From: a candidate division FCPU426 bacterium
GTDB taxonomy: Bacteria > Oederibacteriota > JAAXVQ01 > JAUVAV01
Direction of reading: 5' to 3'
DNA length: 64,000 nt
Assembly: GCA_030637655.1 (NCBI GenBank)
Contig: DAOWGI010000092.1
Coordinates: 33,631-97,630, forward strand
The translations under genes and the position numbers were made by a program. Shown here piece after piece: positions 11,210 through 20,893 of the stretch. The notes under the pieces are model-generated. The model saw only the letters and a program-made list of their open reading frames with translations, made no database searches and was not told where the DNA came from. Every line of letters starts with the position of its first letter. Position 1 is the first letter of the stretch.

Positions 11210-12418
11210 TTATTTGCGTCTTTTCAATCCCGCTCTTACCTTCATTGGCAATCCATACAGGGAAATAAAACCTGTGGCATCGGATTGTTGATACACATCA
11301 TCTTCTCCAAAGGTAGCCAAGGCTTCGGAAAAAAGTGAATTTTCCGATCGCCGTCCCAGCACTGTGGCCAGACCACGATACAACTGCATGCGCACCTCTC
11401 CCGTAGCCGGCTCCATCACCTGATTCATGAAAGCATCCAAGCTCTCACGCAAATGAGTAAACCATTGACCATTGTAAACCAGGTCAGCGTATTTCAGCGC
11501 CAATTGATTCCGCACGTGCATGGTCTCACGATCCAGGACCAGGCTGACCAACTCATGCACGGCGGCAACCAAAATGGTTCCGCCCGGAGTTTCATAAGCG
11601 CCGCGTGATTTCATGCCCACCAGACGGTTTTCCACCAAATCCGAACGTCCGATACCATGTTTCCCACCCAATTGGTTTAAACGCTGAATGATTTTCACGA
11701 GATCCATTTTTATACCATTGAGACTGACTGGTTTTCCGGCTCGAAAACCAATGGTAACCTGGCCCGGCTTGGCCGGCGCTTTTTGCGGATCTTGGGTGAG
11801 CATCCACACCGGCTTGTTGGGAGCAGCCCAAGGGTCCTCCAATTCACCACCCTCATGACTTATGTGCCATAAATTTCGGTCACGCGAATACAAATTCTTT
11901 AAGGACTGCGAGACCGGAACTTTTTTCTGCTTCGCGTAGCGCAAAGCATCTTCGCGCGAACGCAAATCCCAACGTGGATCACGCCAGGGTGCTACGACTT
12001 TCAAATTCGGCGCCAGCGCCTGAAAGGTCAATTCAAAGCGAACCTGATCATTGCCTTTGCCGGTGCATCCGTGCGCTAAAGCATCGGCTCCCTCTCTTTT
12101 CGCAATCGCAACCTGGTGCTTGGCTATTAATGGCCGCGCAATCGCGGTGCCCAGTAGATATTTATTCTCATACACGGCTCCGGATTTCAGCATAGGCAGA
12201 ATGTAGTCTTCGGCAAATTCTTTTTTCAAATCAAGCACATAACATTTTGACGCGCCGGTTTTCTTGGCTTTGGCCGGCAATCCTTTCAGTTCTTCTTCCT
12301 GTCCTACATCCGCGGCAAAAGCAATGACCTCGCAATGGTAATTATCTTTTAACCAAGGAATAATCACCGAGGTGTCCAAACCACCGGAATAGGCCAAAAC
12401 AATTTTTTTAATTTTCAT
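11210..12418 (-). CDS. argG: Argininosuccinate synthase
   Basis: LAYSGGLDTS, HGCTGKGNDQVRFE, ENRLVGMKSRG. Confidence 0.97.
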   Translation of the reverse strand: MKIKKIVLAYSGGLDTSVIIPWLKDNYHCEVIAFAADVGQEEELKGLPAKAKKTGASKCYVLDLKKEFAEDYILPMLKSGAVYENKYLLGTAIARPLIAKHQVAIAKREGADALAHGCTGKGNDQVRFELTFQALAPNLKVVAPWRDPRWDLRSREDALRYAKQKKVPVSQSLKNLYSRDRNLWHISHEGGELEDPWAAPNKPVWMLTQDPQKAPAKPGQVTIGFRAGKPVSLNGIKMDLVKIIQRLNQLGGKHGIGRSDLVENRLVGMKSRGAYETPGGTILVAAVHELVSLVLDRETMHVRNQLALKYADLVYNGQWFTHLRESLDAFMNQVMEPATGEVRMQLYRGLATVLGRRSENSLFSEALATFGEDDVYQQSDATGFISLYGLPMKVRAGLKRRK

Positions 12419-12448
12419 GCTACCTACCTTCTTTCATACCTCTTGGTT

Positions 12449-12506
12449 GTAGGGGCACGGCATCCGACTTCGCTAAAGCGATGTCGGACAAGCATAATGC
12501 CCCTAC
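12449..12506. repeat. GTAG-type REP-like element with internal hairpin
   Basis: GTAGGGGCA...TCCGAC...GTCGGA...TGCCCCTAC. Confidence 0.75.
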
Positions 12507-12508
12507 CT

Positions 12509-13219
12509 TCATCCAAAAATTCCATACCGCAAGATGCAGTACAAAGCCCGCAACGCATCTTTGGCCTGAATTTTCTTGCCTTCTTGATAGGTCCGGCCAT
12601 GGTAGGAAATACCGACCTCATAAAAAATACATTTCTTCCGTGCCACTTTGATGGTCACCTCAGGTTCAAAACCAAAGCGTTTTTCTTTGAGTGGTATGTT
12701 CTGCAAAATTTCGCGGCGAAACATCTTGTAACAAACTTCCATATCGGTCAGACAAAGATTGGCAAACATGTTGCACAACTGGGTTAGAAAACGATTGATC
12801 ACATAATGCCAAAAAAATAGAACTCGCCGGCTTTTGGTAGTCAAAAAACGACTGCCGTACACTACATCCGCTTCACCCTTTGCGATGGGCAAAAGCAAAT
12901 CCTGATAATCGACCGGATCGTATTCCAGATCCGCATCCTGAATAATAATCACATCGTTTTTAGCGTGTCTAATACCCTCCTGCAACGCCGCCCCTTTGCC
13001 GCTGTTCTTGGGAAGACGATAGACCCTCAGGTCTTTGCCGGCCGCCGCCTTGAGCACTTCGGACGTGTTGTCGGTTGAGGCATCGTCCACTACAATTATC
13101 TCTTTGGGAATGGCAATGGCCCGGACCCGGCGCAGTATTTCAGCCATAGTTTTTTCTTCATTATAAACCGGAATAACCACTGACAGCGTCGGCCATTGCC
13201 TGGAATTTAAACCTGGCAT
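12509..13219 (-). CDS. Glycosyltransferase family 2 (DPM1-like polyprenol-phosphate glycosyltransferase)
   Basis: LSVVIPVYNEE, VVDDASTD, GKGAA, IQDADLEYDP, VYGSRF, FGFEPE, GRTYQEGKKI. Start set at ATG 13219 with an AAGGA RBS. Confidence 0.9.
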   Translation of the reverse strand: MPGLNSRQWPTLSVVIPVYNEEKTMAEILRRVRAIAIPKEIIVVDDASTDNTSEVLKAAAGKDLRVYRLPKNSGKGAALQEGIRHAKNDVIIIQDADLEYDPVDYQDLLLPIAKGEADVVYGSRFLTTKSRRVLFFWHYVINRFLTQLCNMFANLCLTDMEVCYKMFRREILQNIPLKEKRFGFEPEVTIKVARKKCIFYEVGISYHGRTYQEGKKIQAKDALRALYCILRYGIFG

Positions 13220-13261
13220 TAAATCATTCCTTTCGAACAGTTCTTCTATTGAACAATTTAC

Positions 13262-13398
13262 CGGGCGCACTCAGTGCGCCCCTACATAATACTTTTCTGC
13301 CGGGTTTCAAATGGGCGGACACAGGGGACCGCCTTTTACGGGCGAACATCCGCCTTCGTTCCTGCGGAACTATGGCGTGACAAGCAGTGGGTCCCTAC
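13262..13398 (-). repeat. Cluster of GTAG-type REP-like palindromes
   Basis: CGGGCGCACTCAGTGCGCCCCTAC (exact copies at 39449-39472 and 54660-54683) plus degenerate units ending in CCCTAC at 13398. Confidence 0.8.
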
Positions 13399-14375
13399 CG
13401 GCCTAATAATAATTTCAAGATTGCTTTTTGGGCATGCAGGCGGTTTTCCGCTTGATCAAACACTATTGATTGTTCCCCGTCCATCACTTCATCAGTTACT
13501 TCTTGTCCGCGATGCGCCGGCAGACAGTGCATAAATACCGCATCCGGAGCGGCATGTGACATCAGTTTTTCATTCACCTGATATTTTTTCAAGGCACGTA
13601 CGCGCTGTGACTGCTCTTTCTCCTGGCCCATGGAAACCCAAACATCCGTATATACTACATCCGCATGCGAGACCGCGCGATTTGGATCCATGGTCATGTA
13701 CAAGGCTCCACCACTTTTACGCCGGTCATTTTCACTTAATTCGATGGTATGTTTGTCAATCTCGTATCCCAAGGGAGAAGCAATGGCTAATTCAATACCG
13801 GTTTTGGCTGCGCCAAAAATCAATGAACGTGCCACGTTATTACCGTCACCCACATATGCCACACGCAAGCGTTTCAATTTACCGAAACGCTCTTTTAATG
13901 TTAACAGGTCTGATAACACCTGACAGGGATGCGCGTAATCAGTCAAAGCATTGATCACCGGAATCGAAGCGTCACGTGCCAATTCCACTATTTTCTTATG
14001 TGCGTCTGTGCGAATTATAATCCCGTTCACATACCGCGAGAGCACTCGGGCCGTGTCCGCGATAGTCTCGCCTCGTCCCAACTGTAAATCCCGGCCGGCC
14101 AGGTACAACATGGTACCACCCAATTGGTGCATGGCGATTTCAAAGGATACGCGTGTTCGGGTTGAACTTTTCTCAAAAATAGCAGCCAATACTTTCCCTT
14201 TCAGCATCTGATCATGCTTGTTCTTTTTGGCGCTGTTTTTAAGTTCAGCCGCTGTTTTAAGAATCAGCTCAACATCACTCGCGCTCAATTGAGCAATAGT
14301 TAACAGGCTATCTACTGACATCTCTTTATTGGATACTTTTTTCACTGTGGTCTTTTTCTTCTTGGTCACTGGCAT
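13395..14375 (-). CDS. argF: Ornithine carbamoyltransferase
   Basis: FEKSSTRTR, HPCQ, TDVWVSMG, FMHCLP, QAENR. Confidence 0.97.
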   Translation of the reverse strand: MPVTKKKKTTVKKVSNKEMSVDSLLTIAQLSASDVELILKTAAELKNSAKKNKHDQMLKGKVLAAIFEKSSTRTRVSFEIAMHQLGGTMLYLAGRDLQLGRGETIADTARVLSRYVNGIIIRTDAHKKIVELARDASIPVINALTDYAHPCQVLSDLLTLKERFGKLKRLRVAYVGDGNNVARSLIFGAAKTGIELAIASPLGYEIDKHTIELSENDRRKSGGALYMTMDPNRAVSHADVVYTDVWVSMGQEKEQSQRVRALKKYQVNEKLMSHAAPDAVFMHCLPAHRGQEVTDEVMDGEQSIVFDQAENRLHAQKAILKLLLGR

Positions 14376-14395
14376 TTTCCCCTCCCCTTAAATGA

Positions 14396-15616
14396 CTACT
14401 GTTCTTTCAAAATCGCTTGCAAGACTTTTCTCATGATCAGCACGGCGTAATCCACTTCTTGTGCTGTTATGGTAAGCGCGGGTAAAAAGCGCAATACGTT
14501 GTCGGCAGTGCAATTGATCACCAAGCCCTGTTCCAAAGCGTTCCGAACCGCCGACGGACCGTGATCTTTGAGCTCCATACCCCACATCATACCAATTCCG
14601 CGCACTTCAATCACCAGCTGCTTAAATTCACCGGCTAGTTGCCGCAATTGCCCGCCCAGATAGACTCCGGTAGTTTTAACTTTGTCCAGAAACCCTGTAG
14701 CAGTCAATTCTGTTAATAACGCATTCCCGCCGGCAGCAGCAACGGGATTCCCGCCAAAGGTTGAGCCATGATCTCCTACTGCCAAGGCAACAGCCACATC
14801 CCCCCGGGTCACTAAAGCAGAGAGTGGTAAGCCACCGCCCAAAGGTTTTCCCAACAAAAGCACATCCGGCACGACCTCAAAGTGTTCATAGGCATGCAGG
14901 CACCCGGTTCTACCCAAGCCGCATTGGATCTCATCAAAGATCAACAATAATTTGTTCCGGTCGCACAGATCCCGCAAATCTTGCATAAATTTCTTAGTGC
15001 CTTGATGGATTCCACCCTCGCCCTGAACAGGTTCAATCATAATCGCGCAAGTCTTGTTGGTAATTGCCGAAGCAGTGCCGGCAAAATTGTTCAAGGTTAC
15101 ATGTTTGAATCCCGGCAACATAGGATCAATCCCTTGATGATATTTATCCTGCCCAGTGGCCGAGAGTGCGCCATAGGTTCTGCCGTGAAACGCGTCCCGA
15201 AAGGTAATTATTTCATATTGATTTTCCTGCGGTCTTTCTTTCCGGGCCCACTTCCTGGCTAATTTGATGGCCAATTCAACAATTTCCGCGCCACTATTTG
15301 AAAACAGCACCTTGTCTCCAAACGATTTCTCGACCAGTGCTTTGGCCAAGGCTACTTGAGATTCCAGGTAATAGAGATTTCCGGTATGCGCGCATTTTTC
15401 CAGTTGGGCTTGCATGGCTGCCTGCTGTTTTGGATGTCCGTACCCCAGGTTCATCACCGCATGCCCGGAAAAGAAATCCAAATATTCTTTTCCGTCCTTA
15501 TCCCAAAGCCGGCTCCCGGTCCCGCGTTCCCATACCACCGGTTGCCGATTGAATGTTTTGGCAAAATACTTCGCTTCCGTCTCAATAATTTCCGTAGTGC
15601 TCAACTTCGTTTCCAC
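14396..15616 (-). CDS. argD: Acetylornithine aminotransferase
   Basis: FHGRTYGALS, EPVQGEGG, DEIQCGLGRTG, PLP lysine in LGKPLGGG, HGSTFGGNP; arg operon context. Confidence 0.93.
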   Translation of the reverse strand: METKLSTTEIIETEAKYFAKTFNRQPVVWERGTGSRLWDKDGKEYLDFFSGHAVMNLGYGHPKQQAAMQAQLEKCAHTGNLYYLESQVALAKALVEKSFGDKVLFSNSGAEIVELAIKLARKWARKERPQENQYEIITFRDAFHGRTYGALSATGQDKYHQGIDPMLPGFKHVTLNNFAGTASAITNKTCAIMIEPVQGEGGIHQGTKKFMQDLRDLCDRNKLLLIFDEIQCGLGRTGCLHAYEHFEVVPDVLLLGKPLGGGLPLSALVTRGDVAVALAVGDHGSTFGGNPVAAAGGNALLTELTATGFLDKVKTTGVYLGGQLRQLAGEFKQLVIEVRGIGMMWGMELKDHGPSAVRNALEQGLVINCTADNVLRFLPALTITAQEVDYAVLIMRKVLQAILKEQ

Positions 15617-15664
15617 CGGACCTTCGCCTCCTTAAAGCTACTGCCAAGGTGAGTGTTCTGCCTT

Positions 15665-16534
15665 TTACGCAGACGCTTTCACCATTTCGGTTCCTATCCC
15701 TTGATCTGTAAATATTTCCAGCAATAGGGCGTGCGCCACGCAGCCATTGATAATATGTGTCTTGTTCACTCCCTGATTTAAGGCTTTCTCACACGCTCGC
15801 ACCTTGGGCAGCATGCCGCCCTGAATCACGTTTTTACTGATTAATTCCTCAATTTCAGTAATCTGCAGGGCGGAAAGCAAGGTAGTCTCATCCTTGGGAT
15901 CTTTCATGATTCCCGGAACATCAGTCATGAGTATCAGTTTGTCGGCTTTTAAGGCAATTGCTATTGCTGCCGCCACATCATCAGCATTGTTGTTGTATGT
16001 TTGTCCCGCCGCGTCCACACCAATGGGCGCGATCACCGGAATGAATTTTTCCTGGTCCAGAATATCAATCACTTCCGGCGCAACCTTACATATCTCACCG
16101 ACAAAACCCAGATCCACATCCGGCTCATTATGTTTCCGGGCTGTCAGCAAACCACCGTCTTTGCCGGAAAGACCGACCGCTTGACCGCCATGCCAGTTGA
16201 TGGCTGCCACAATCTCCTGGTTAACTTTCCCGACCAAGACCATTTCCGTTATTTCCATAGTTTCCTGGTCTGTGACCCGCCGTCCTTTGACAAACTCCAC
16301 TTTTTTTCCCATCTTCTCCATGACCCGGGTAATTTCCGGTCCGCCGCCATGCACTATGACCGGTTTCATGCCAACGTATTTCATGAGTACCAGATCCTGC
16401 ATAACCTTCTCTTTCAAATCAGCATCGGTCATGGCCGCACCGCCGTACTTGACAACCACGGTTTTGCCGTAAAATGCTTTAATGTATGGCAGTGCTTCAA
16501 TTAAAATATTTGCTCTGGAAATAAGTTCCTCCAT
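15665..16534 (-). CDS. argB: Acetylglutamate kinase
   Basis: EALPYI, VKYGGAAM, VHGGGP, GGMLPKV, LLEIFT..GIGT. Start reset to ATG 16534 because the longer start lies inside a REP. Confidence 0.96.
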   Translation of the reverse strand: MEELISRANILIEALPYIKAFYGKTVVVKYGGAAMTDADLKEKVMQDLVLMKYVGMKPVIVHGGGPEITRVMEKMGKKVEFVKGRRVTDQETMEITEMVLVGKVNQEIVAAINWHGGQAVGLSGKDGGLLTARKHNEPDVDLGFVGEICKVAPEVIDILDQEKFIPVIAPIGVDAAGQTYNNNADDVAAAIAIALKADKLILMTDVPGIMKDPKDETTLLSALQITEIEELISKNVIQGGMLPKVRACEKALNQGVNKTHIINGCVAHALLLEIFTDQGIGTEMVKASA

Positions 16535-16560
16535 GGCAATGTCTCCTGATACAAGTATAG

Positions 16561-16634
16561 TGTAGGGAACGGTCGCAACCGAAGGAAATCCCTTACTATT
16601 CAATAATCCTTCCGGTCGGGGGACCGTTCCCTAC
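16561..16634. repeat. GTAGGGAAC-subtype REP-like element
   Basis: GTAGGGAACGGTC...GACCGTTCCCTAC; same subtype at 58561-58623. Confidence 0.75.
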
Positions 16635-16654
16635 GGGAGGTATCAACCATTCGT

Positions 16655-18061
16655 TTACAATATATATTTACTCAAATCCTGGTCTTTTAAAAGATTACTA
16701 ATCCGCTCTTGCACATACTCAGGTGTAATCCGCACTGTATTTCCCGGCATTTCCGAAGCATTAAAACTAACCTCTTCCAAAACCCGTTCCATCACCGTAT
16801 GCAAGCGCCGGGCTCCAATATCTTCCGAGAGTTGATTGGCACGATAAGCTACCTGAGCCAGTTCCTCAATGGCTTCCTGCGTAAAATCCAGTTCCACACC
16901 TTCGGTTTCCATCAACGCTTTGTACTGCTTGGTCAGGGCCTGACGCGGTTCAACCAGGATGCGTTTAAAATCTTCGGCCTTAAGCGAGGTCAATTCCGCC
17001 CGCAAAGGAAAACGGCCCTGCAGTTCGGGTATCAAATCCGAAGGTTTGGAAACATGAAAGGCGCCGGCGGCAATAAACAGGATGTGGTGAGTTTTTACCT
17101 CTCCGTGCTTGGTATTCACTGTGGTCCCCTCAACGATGGGCAGGAGATCTCGTTGCACACCTTCGCGTGAAACGTCCGGACCGCGGTTTTGTTCCCGGCC
17201 GGCGACTTTATCCAATTCATCGATAAAAACAATGCCCAGCTCTTCCACGCGTTTTACCGCCTCGGATTTTATTTCCGCCATATCCACCATCTTGTTTAAC
17301 TCTTCCTGCACGATTTGACGGCGTGCTTCGGATACCTTGATTCTCCGTTGCCGTGGCGAACCGCCGCCACCGGGCATAATATTTTGCATCATGTCTTGAA
17401 TGTTCATACCCAATTCTTCCATGTTGGCTCCGGAAAATATTTCCACCATGGGCATGGGTTGTTCTTTGGCTTCAAATTCCACGGCCTCATCATCCAATTC
17501 CCCGGCCAACAGCTGTGTTCTGACTTTTTCGCGCGCTTCGCTGTGCAACCGATCCTGCGCTTCGGTTTTCTCATACGTGACCGGAGTTGCAGCCATAGTA
17601 CTTTTACGTTTGCCCAAGGGTGGAACCAACAGATCGATTACCCGTTCGACGGCTTGTTCTTCCGCTTTTTCCCTAACCTGATTGCAGCGTTCTTCCCTCA
17701 CCAAGTTTACCGCCTGGTGCACCAGATCCCGGATCATAGATTCAACATCCCGGCCAACATATCCGACTTCTGTGTATTTGGATGCCTCTACTTTTACAAA
17801 GGGCGCGCGCACTAAAGCGGCCAAACGCCGTGCCACCTCGGTTTTGCCCACCCCGGTGGGACCGATAAGAATAATATTCTTGGGCGTTACTTCCTCGCGC
17901 ATGGACTCTGCCAAACGGCGGCGGCGCAGGCGATTGCGCAAGGCAATGGCCACAATCCGTTTGGCCTGAGCCTGTCCAATAATATATTTATCCAATTCCG
18001 CCACGATTTGTTGCGGTGTCAATTCCCATTCACTTTCGTTTTTCTTTTCTTTCTTTTTCAT
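16655..18061 (-). CDS. hslU: ATP-dependent protease ATPase subunit HslU
   Basis: [44 protein letters not shown]. Confidence 0.97.
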   Translation of the reverse strand: MKKKEKKNESEWELTPQQIVAELDKYIIGQAQAKRIVAIALRNRLRRRRLAESMREEVTPKNIILIGPTGVGKTEVARRLAALVRAPFVKVEASKYTEVGYVGRDVESMIRDLVHQAVNLVREERCNQVREKAEEQAVERVIDLLVPPLGKRKSTMAATPVTYEKTEAQDRLHSEAREKVRTQLLAGELDDEAVEFEAKEQPMPMVEIFSGANMEELGMNIQDMMQNIMPGGGGSPRQRRIKVSEARRQIVQEELNKMVDMAEIKSEAVKRVEELGIVFIDELDKVAGREQNRGPDVSREGVQRDLLPIVEGTTVNTKHGEVKTHHILFIAAGAFHVSKPSDLIPELQGRFPLRAELTSLKAEDFKRILVEPRQALTKQYKALMETEGVELDFTQEAIEELAQVAYRANQLSEDIGARRLHTVMERVLEEVSFNASEMPGNTVRITPEYVQERISNLLKDQDLSKYIL

Positions 18062-18597
18062 AACTCTTCCACCATAATTTCCTTATTGGTATAAATACAA
18101 ATATCCGCCGCAATCAGCATAGCCTCCCTGGCAATCTCACTTACCGATAGTTGGGTATGTTGCAGCATAGCCCGGGCAGCGGCCAAAGCATACGCTCCTC
18201 CGGAGCCAATGGCCACAGCCGCCTCATCCGGTTCGATCACTTCTCCGGAACCGCTAATAACCAACGAGCGTTCCTTATCCGCGATAATTAACAGAGCATC
18301 CAAACGCCGCAAATATTTATCAGTCCTCCAATCCTTGGCCAACTCTACTGCCGCGCGTGTCAGATTGCCATGATACTGCTGTAGTTTTTCTTCAAAGCGT
18401 TCAAACAGTGTGAAAGCATCCGCCGCGGATCCGGCAAAGCCGGCCAGTATCTTTCTTTCACCCAGCCAACGAATCTTTTGGGCTTTCCGTTTCATCATAA
18501 TATTGCCTAAAGTTACTTGTCCATCCCCGGCCAAGGCCATTTGATCCTTACGGCGCACGGATAAAATAGTAGTAGCACGAAATTGTTCATTTGTCAT
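18058..18597 (-). CDS. hslV: ATP-dependent protease subunit HslV
   Basis: ATTILSVRR (N-terminal Thr nucleophile), [27 protein letters not shown]. Start reset to ATG 18597. Confidence 0.96.
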   Translation of the reverse strand: MTNEQFRATTILSVRRKDQMALAGDGQVTLGNIMMKRKAQKIRWLGERKILAGFAGSAADAFTLFERFEEKLQQYHGNLTRAAVELAKDWRTDKYLRRLDALLIIADKERSLVISGSGEVIEPDEAAVAIGSGGAYALAAARAMLQHTQLSVSEIAREAMLIAADICIYTNKEIMVEEL

Positions 18598-18705
18598 AAC
18601 CAATCTGCCTTTCTCTTTTTTAATCGTCATTTTATGGGTTGTCATTCCCCAACCGGAAATGAATATTGAATGCCGGTACACTTTAGGCAGTCCGCATGCT
18701 TTCTT

Positions 18706-18863
18706 TTGTCATTCCCGAGGGTTTAATCGGGAATCTGGTTTTTTAAACCGTATCCCCGATACAAGCATTCGGGGATGACAACTTAAAAAATACCCTTTCC
18801 GCAACAGAAACTAATTAAACGCCCCTACCACATCCCCGACAAAATCATTCGGGGATGACAAAC
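18706..18863. repeat. Composite repeat: GTCATTCCC REP copy 2, spacer module, half GTAG-REP and half GTCATTCCC REP
   Basis: 18706-18781 nearly identical to 643-717; modules AAAATACCCTTTCCGCAACAGAAAC and TAATTAAACGCCCCTAC recur at 39420-39545. Confidence 0.8.
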
Positions 18864-18884
18864 ATGAATTGTGACAGAGCCTCT

Positions 18885-19748
18885 TCATGCCCGGGGATGT
18901 GCTTTGCGATAGACGGACTTCAGTTTTTCTGCTGTGACATGCGTATATATTTGCGTAGTGGTCAAATTGGCATGCCCCAACAACTCTTGCACTGAACGCA
19001 AATCCGCGCCATTATCCAGCAAATGCGTCGCAAACGAGTGGCGCAAACTGTGCGGTGACAAACCGCGTTTGGCGCCCACTTGCCGAATATATTTATCCGC
19101 CAAGCGTTCCACGCTTCGCGGTGTGAGTGTGCCACCGCGCGCGTTTCTAAACACGTTCGCTCCCATAGGCGACGGATCAGCTTGTAAATATCTCTGCAAA
19201 GCCGCAATGGCCGGTTCACCCAGTGGAACAATGCGTTCCTTACGCCGTTTGCCCAGCACCCGAACCAATCCGCAGGCAAAATCAATAGCCTCCGGTTTTA
19301 GGGTTGTCAATTCGGACAACCGCATACCGGTTGAATACAAGGTCTCCAGAATCGCACAATCCCGTTTTCCTAAACGTGTTTGTGTATCCGGCGCTTGCAA
19401 CAATGCCAGTATACTTTTCCGGTCAAAAAAACGCGGTAGACGGTGTTCCCCTTTAGGTGTGCTTACCGTGGCAGCCGGATTCTCCAACACGATACCTTGC
19501 CGGAGCAAAAACCGATAAAACGTTCTCAAGCCGGCCAGGCGTCTGACAATGCCGGCTCGCGCACTCTGACGTTCGCTGAGTTTAGCTAAATAAGCACGTA
19601 TGATACGAAATGTCACTTCGCGAGGAAATAATTTACCGGCAAAAACCTGGAAATCACGCAAATCCTGACCATAGGCCCTGATGGTATGTACAGAGGCATT
19701 GCGACCGTGCTGTAAATAATCAAGAAACGCCTGTACGGCATCGTTCAC
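18885..19748 (-). CDS. xerC: Tyrosine recombinase XerC
   Basis: LYSTGMRLSEL, GKRRKERIVP, SPHSLRHSFATHLL, LLGHANLTTTQIYTHV; canonical topA-xerC-hslVU context. Confidence 0.92.
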   Translation of the reverse strand: MNDAVQAFLDYLQHGRNASVHTIRAYGQDLRDFQVFAGKLFPREVTFRIIRAYLAKLSERQSARAGIVRRLAGLRTFYRFLLRQGIVLENPAATVSTPKGEHRLPRFFDRKSILALLQAPDTQTRLGKRDCAILETLYSTGMRLSELTTLKPEAIDFACGLVRVLGKRRKERIVPLGEPAIAALQRYLQADPSPMGANVFRNARGGTLTPRSVERLADKYIRQVGAKRGLSPHSLRHSFATHLLDNGADLRSVQELLGHANLTTTQIYTHVTAEKLKSVYRKAHPRA

Positions 19749-20893
19749 GAACTTGCCTCCGCCTGGAATTTTTCCAGCAGTCGCGAAAATTCATACAAAA
19801 ATTTAATAATGGAAAAATTACCTTGGTAATTCTTTTTACTAGTGGTAATTTTTTCGTTCAATTCCTTCAGGCCATGAACAAAAATAGTAGTCGGCAATTT
19901 TTTCTTCATCGCACTCAGACGAAAACCAGCCAGATCATTCATGCCCTTCTGTAATTTCTCATCGCGTTGATCCAAAGGCAGACTGTTTTTAGCTTTTAAG
20001 ATCAACTCAAAATTAACCTGTCCTCCCGGCAACAATGATCCATCATCGCGTTTGTCCACCCCTTGGAAGAGTCCCGGGTGTTTGCTGCGGGCTTGTGCGA
20101 AACACTCCGTAAACATGAGATCAATCTCGGTGGACTCCAAATGCTTGGCACTGGTTTGTGACATGATACGATACAATTCTTCATAAATGGCCGTCAAACA
20201 GAGATCCAAAATCTCAACCGCAAACTGATCTTTTTTCTCATCTGCCTTAAGCTCCGGTTCCGGCGGTGGTGCGAAACGGGCACTGCGGTCATCGTGCAAT
20301 TCTTCTTCACCGACCGATTCATACACGGATATTTTACCACGCTCATCGGAATTTTCCACCATTTCAGTAACCCACTTCACCGGAAATTTCATTTGTTCAG
20401 GACTGACTTGTTCGGAAAAATAACCCTCCCGTGGCTGTCCTCCCAAGAAAGTAAGATAATTCAACGCGTTGTTTATTTTTACTTCCAAATAACCGGTAAA
20501 CCGTTTGCGCGCGAACAGACTGAGCAGTTGCTTGAAATTGATCAGTTTGGTTTTCAATCCACAGTGTGTGGGCTCAAAAATAAAGGTGCCCATAATCACG
20601 ATCATCAGAAGTTTGGACGTTTCGTAAAAACTGATCGTCCCTTCCTTTTCAGTTCGCAATTTGTTGAGCGCTTCACTCACGGTCATGATTTCGCGGCCAT
20701 CAGGATAAAAGCGGCCGGCTTTGACACCTTTACCGCCCAGTAAAAAAATAATATCCTGAGAATCTTCATAGCGCACATCCAAATAACTGGCCACCCTACT
20801 CTGACTTTCCGCCAGGATTTTATCCAGTTTCGCTGTTGCCAAAGGAATGTTTTCCACCACCGTGCGCATGGCTGGGAGTTTCAAATGATTCAT
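19745..20893 (-). CDS. Uncharacterised protein with two N-terminal PATAN/DUF4388-like repeats
   Basis: 382-aa ORF overlapping the topA stop and the xerC start; repeated pattern L..IL.......YL.V......I.FLGG (ASYLDVRYEDSQDIIFLLGG / TGYLEVKINNALNYLTFLGG). Confidence 0.7.
   Translation of the reverse strand: MNHLKLPAMRTVVENIPLATAKLDKILAESQSRVASYLDVRYEDSQDIIFLLGGKGVKAGRFYPDGREIMTVSEALNKLRTEKEGTISFYETSKLLMIVIMGTFIFEPTHCGLKTKLINFKQLLSLFARKRFTGYLEVKINNALNYLTFLGGQPREGYFSEQVSPEQMKFPVKWVTEMVENSDERGKISVYESVGEEELHDDRSARFAPPPEPELKADEKKDQFAVEILDLCLTAIYEELYRIMSQTSAKHLESTEIDLMFTECFAQARSKHPGLFQGVDKRDDGSLLPGGQVNFELILKAKNSLPLDQRDEKLQKGMNDLAGFRLSAMKKKLPTTIFVHGLKELNEKITTSKKNYQGNFSIIKFLYEFSRLLEKFQAEASS

Noticed and set aside
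16535-16603. N-terminal extensions in the ORF track for argB (likewise hslV, gmd, GT2, hrcA, abiEii and the barrel gene)
   Set aside because: The extensions run through repeats or upstream genes; downstream ATGs fit family starts or RBS positions better.
18885-19748. xerC as the integrase of a mobile element or of the accessory array
   Set aside because: It lies in the canonical housekeeping topA-xerC-hslVU context, 40 kb from the array.
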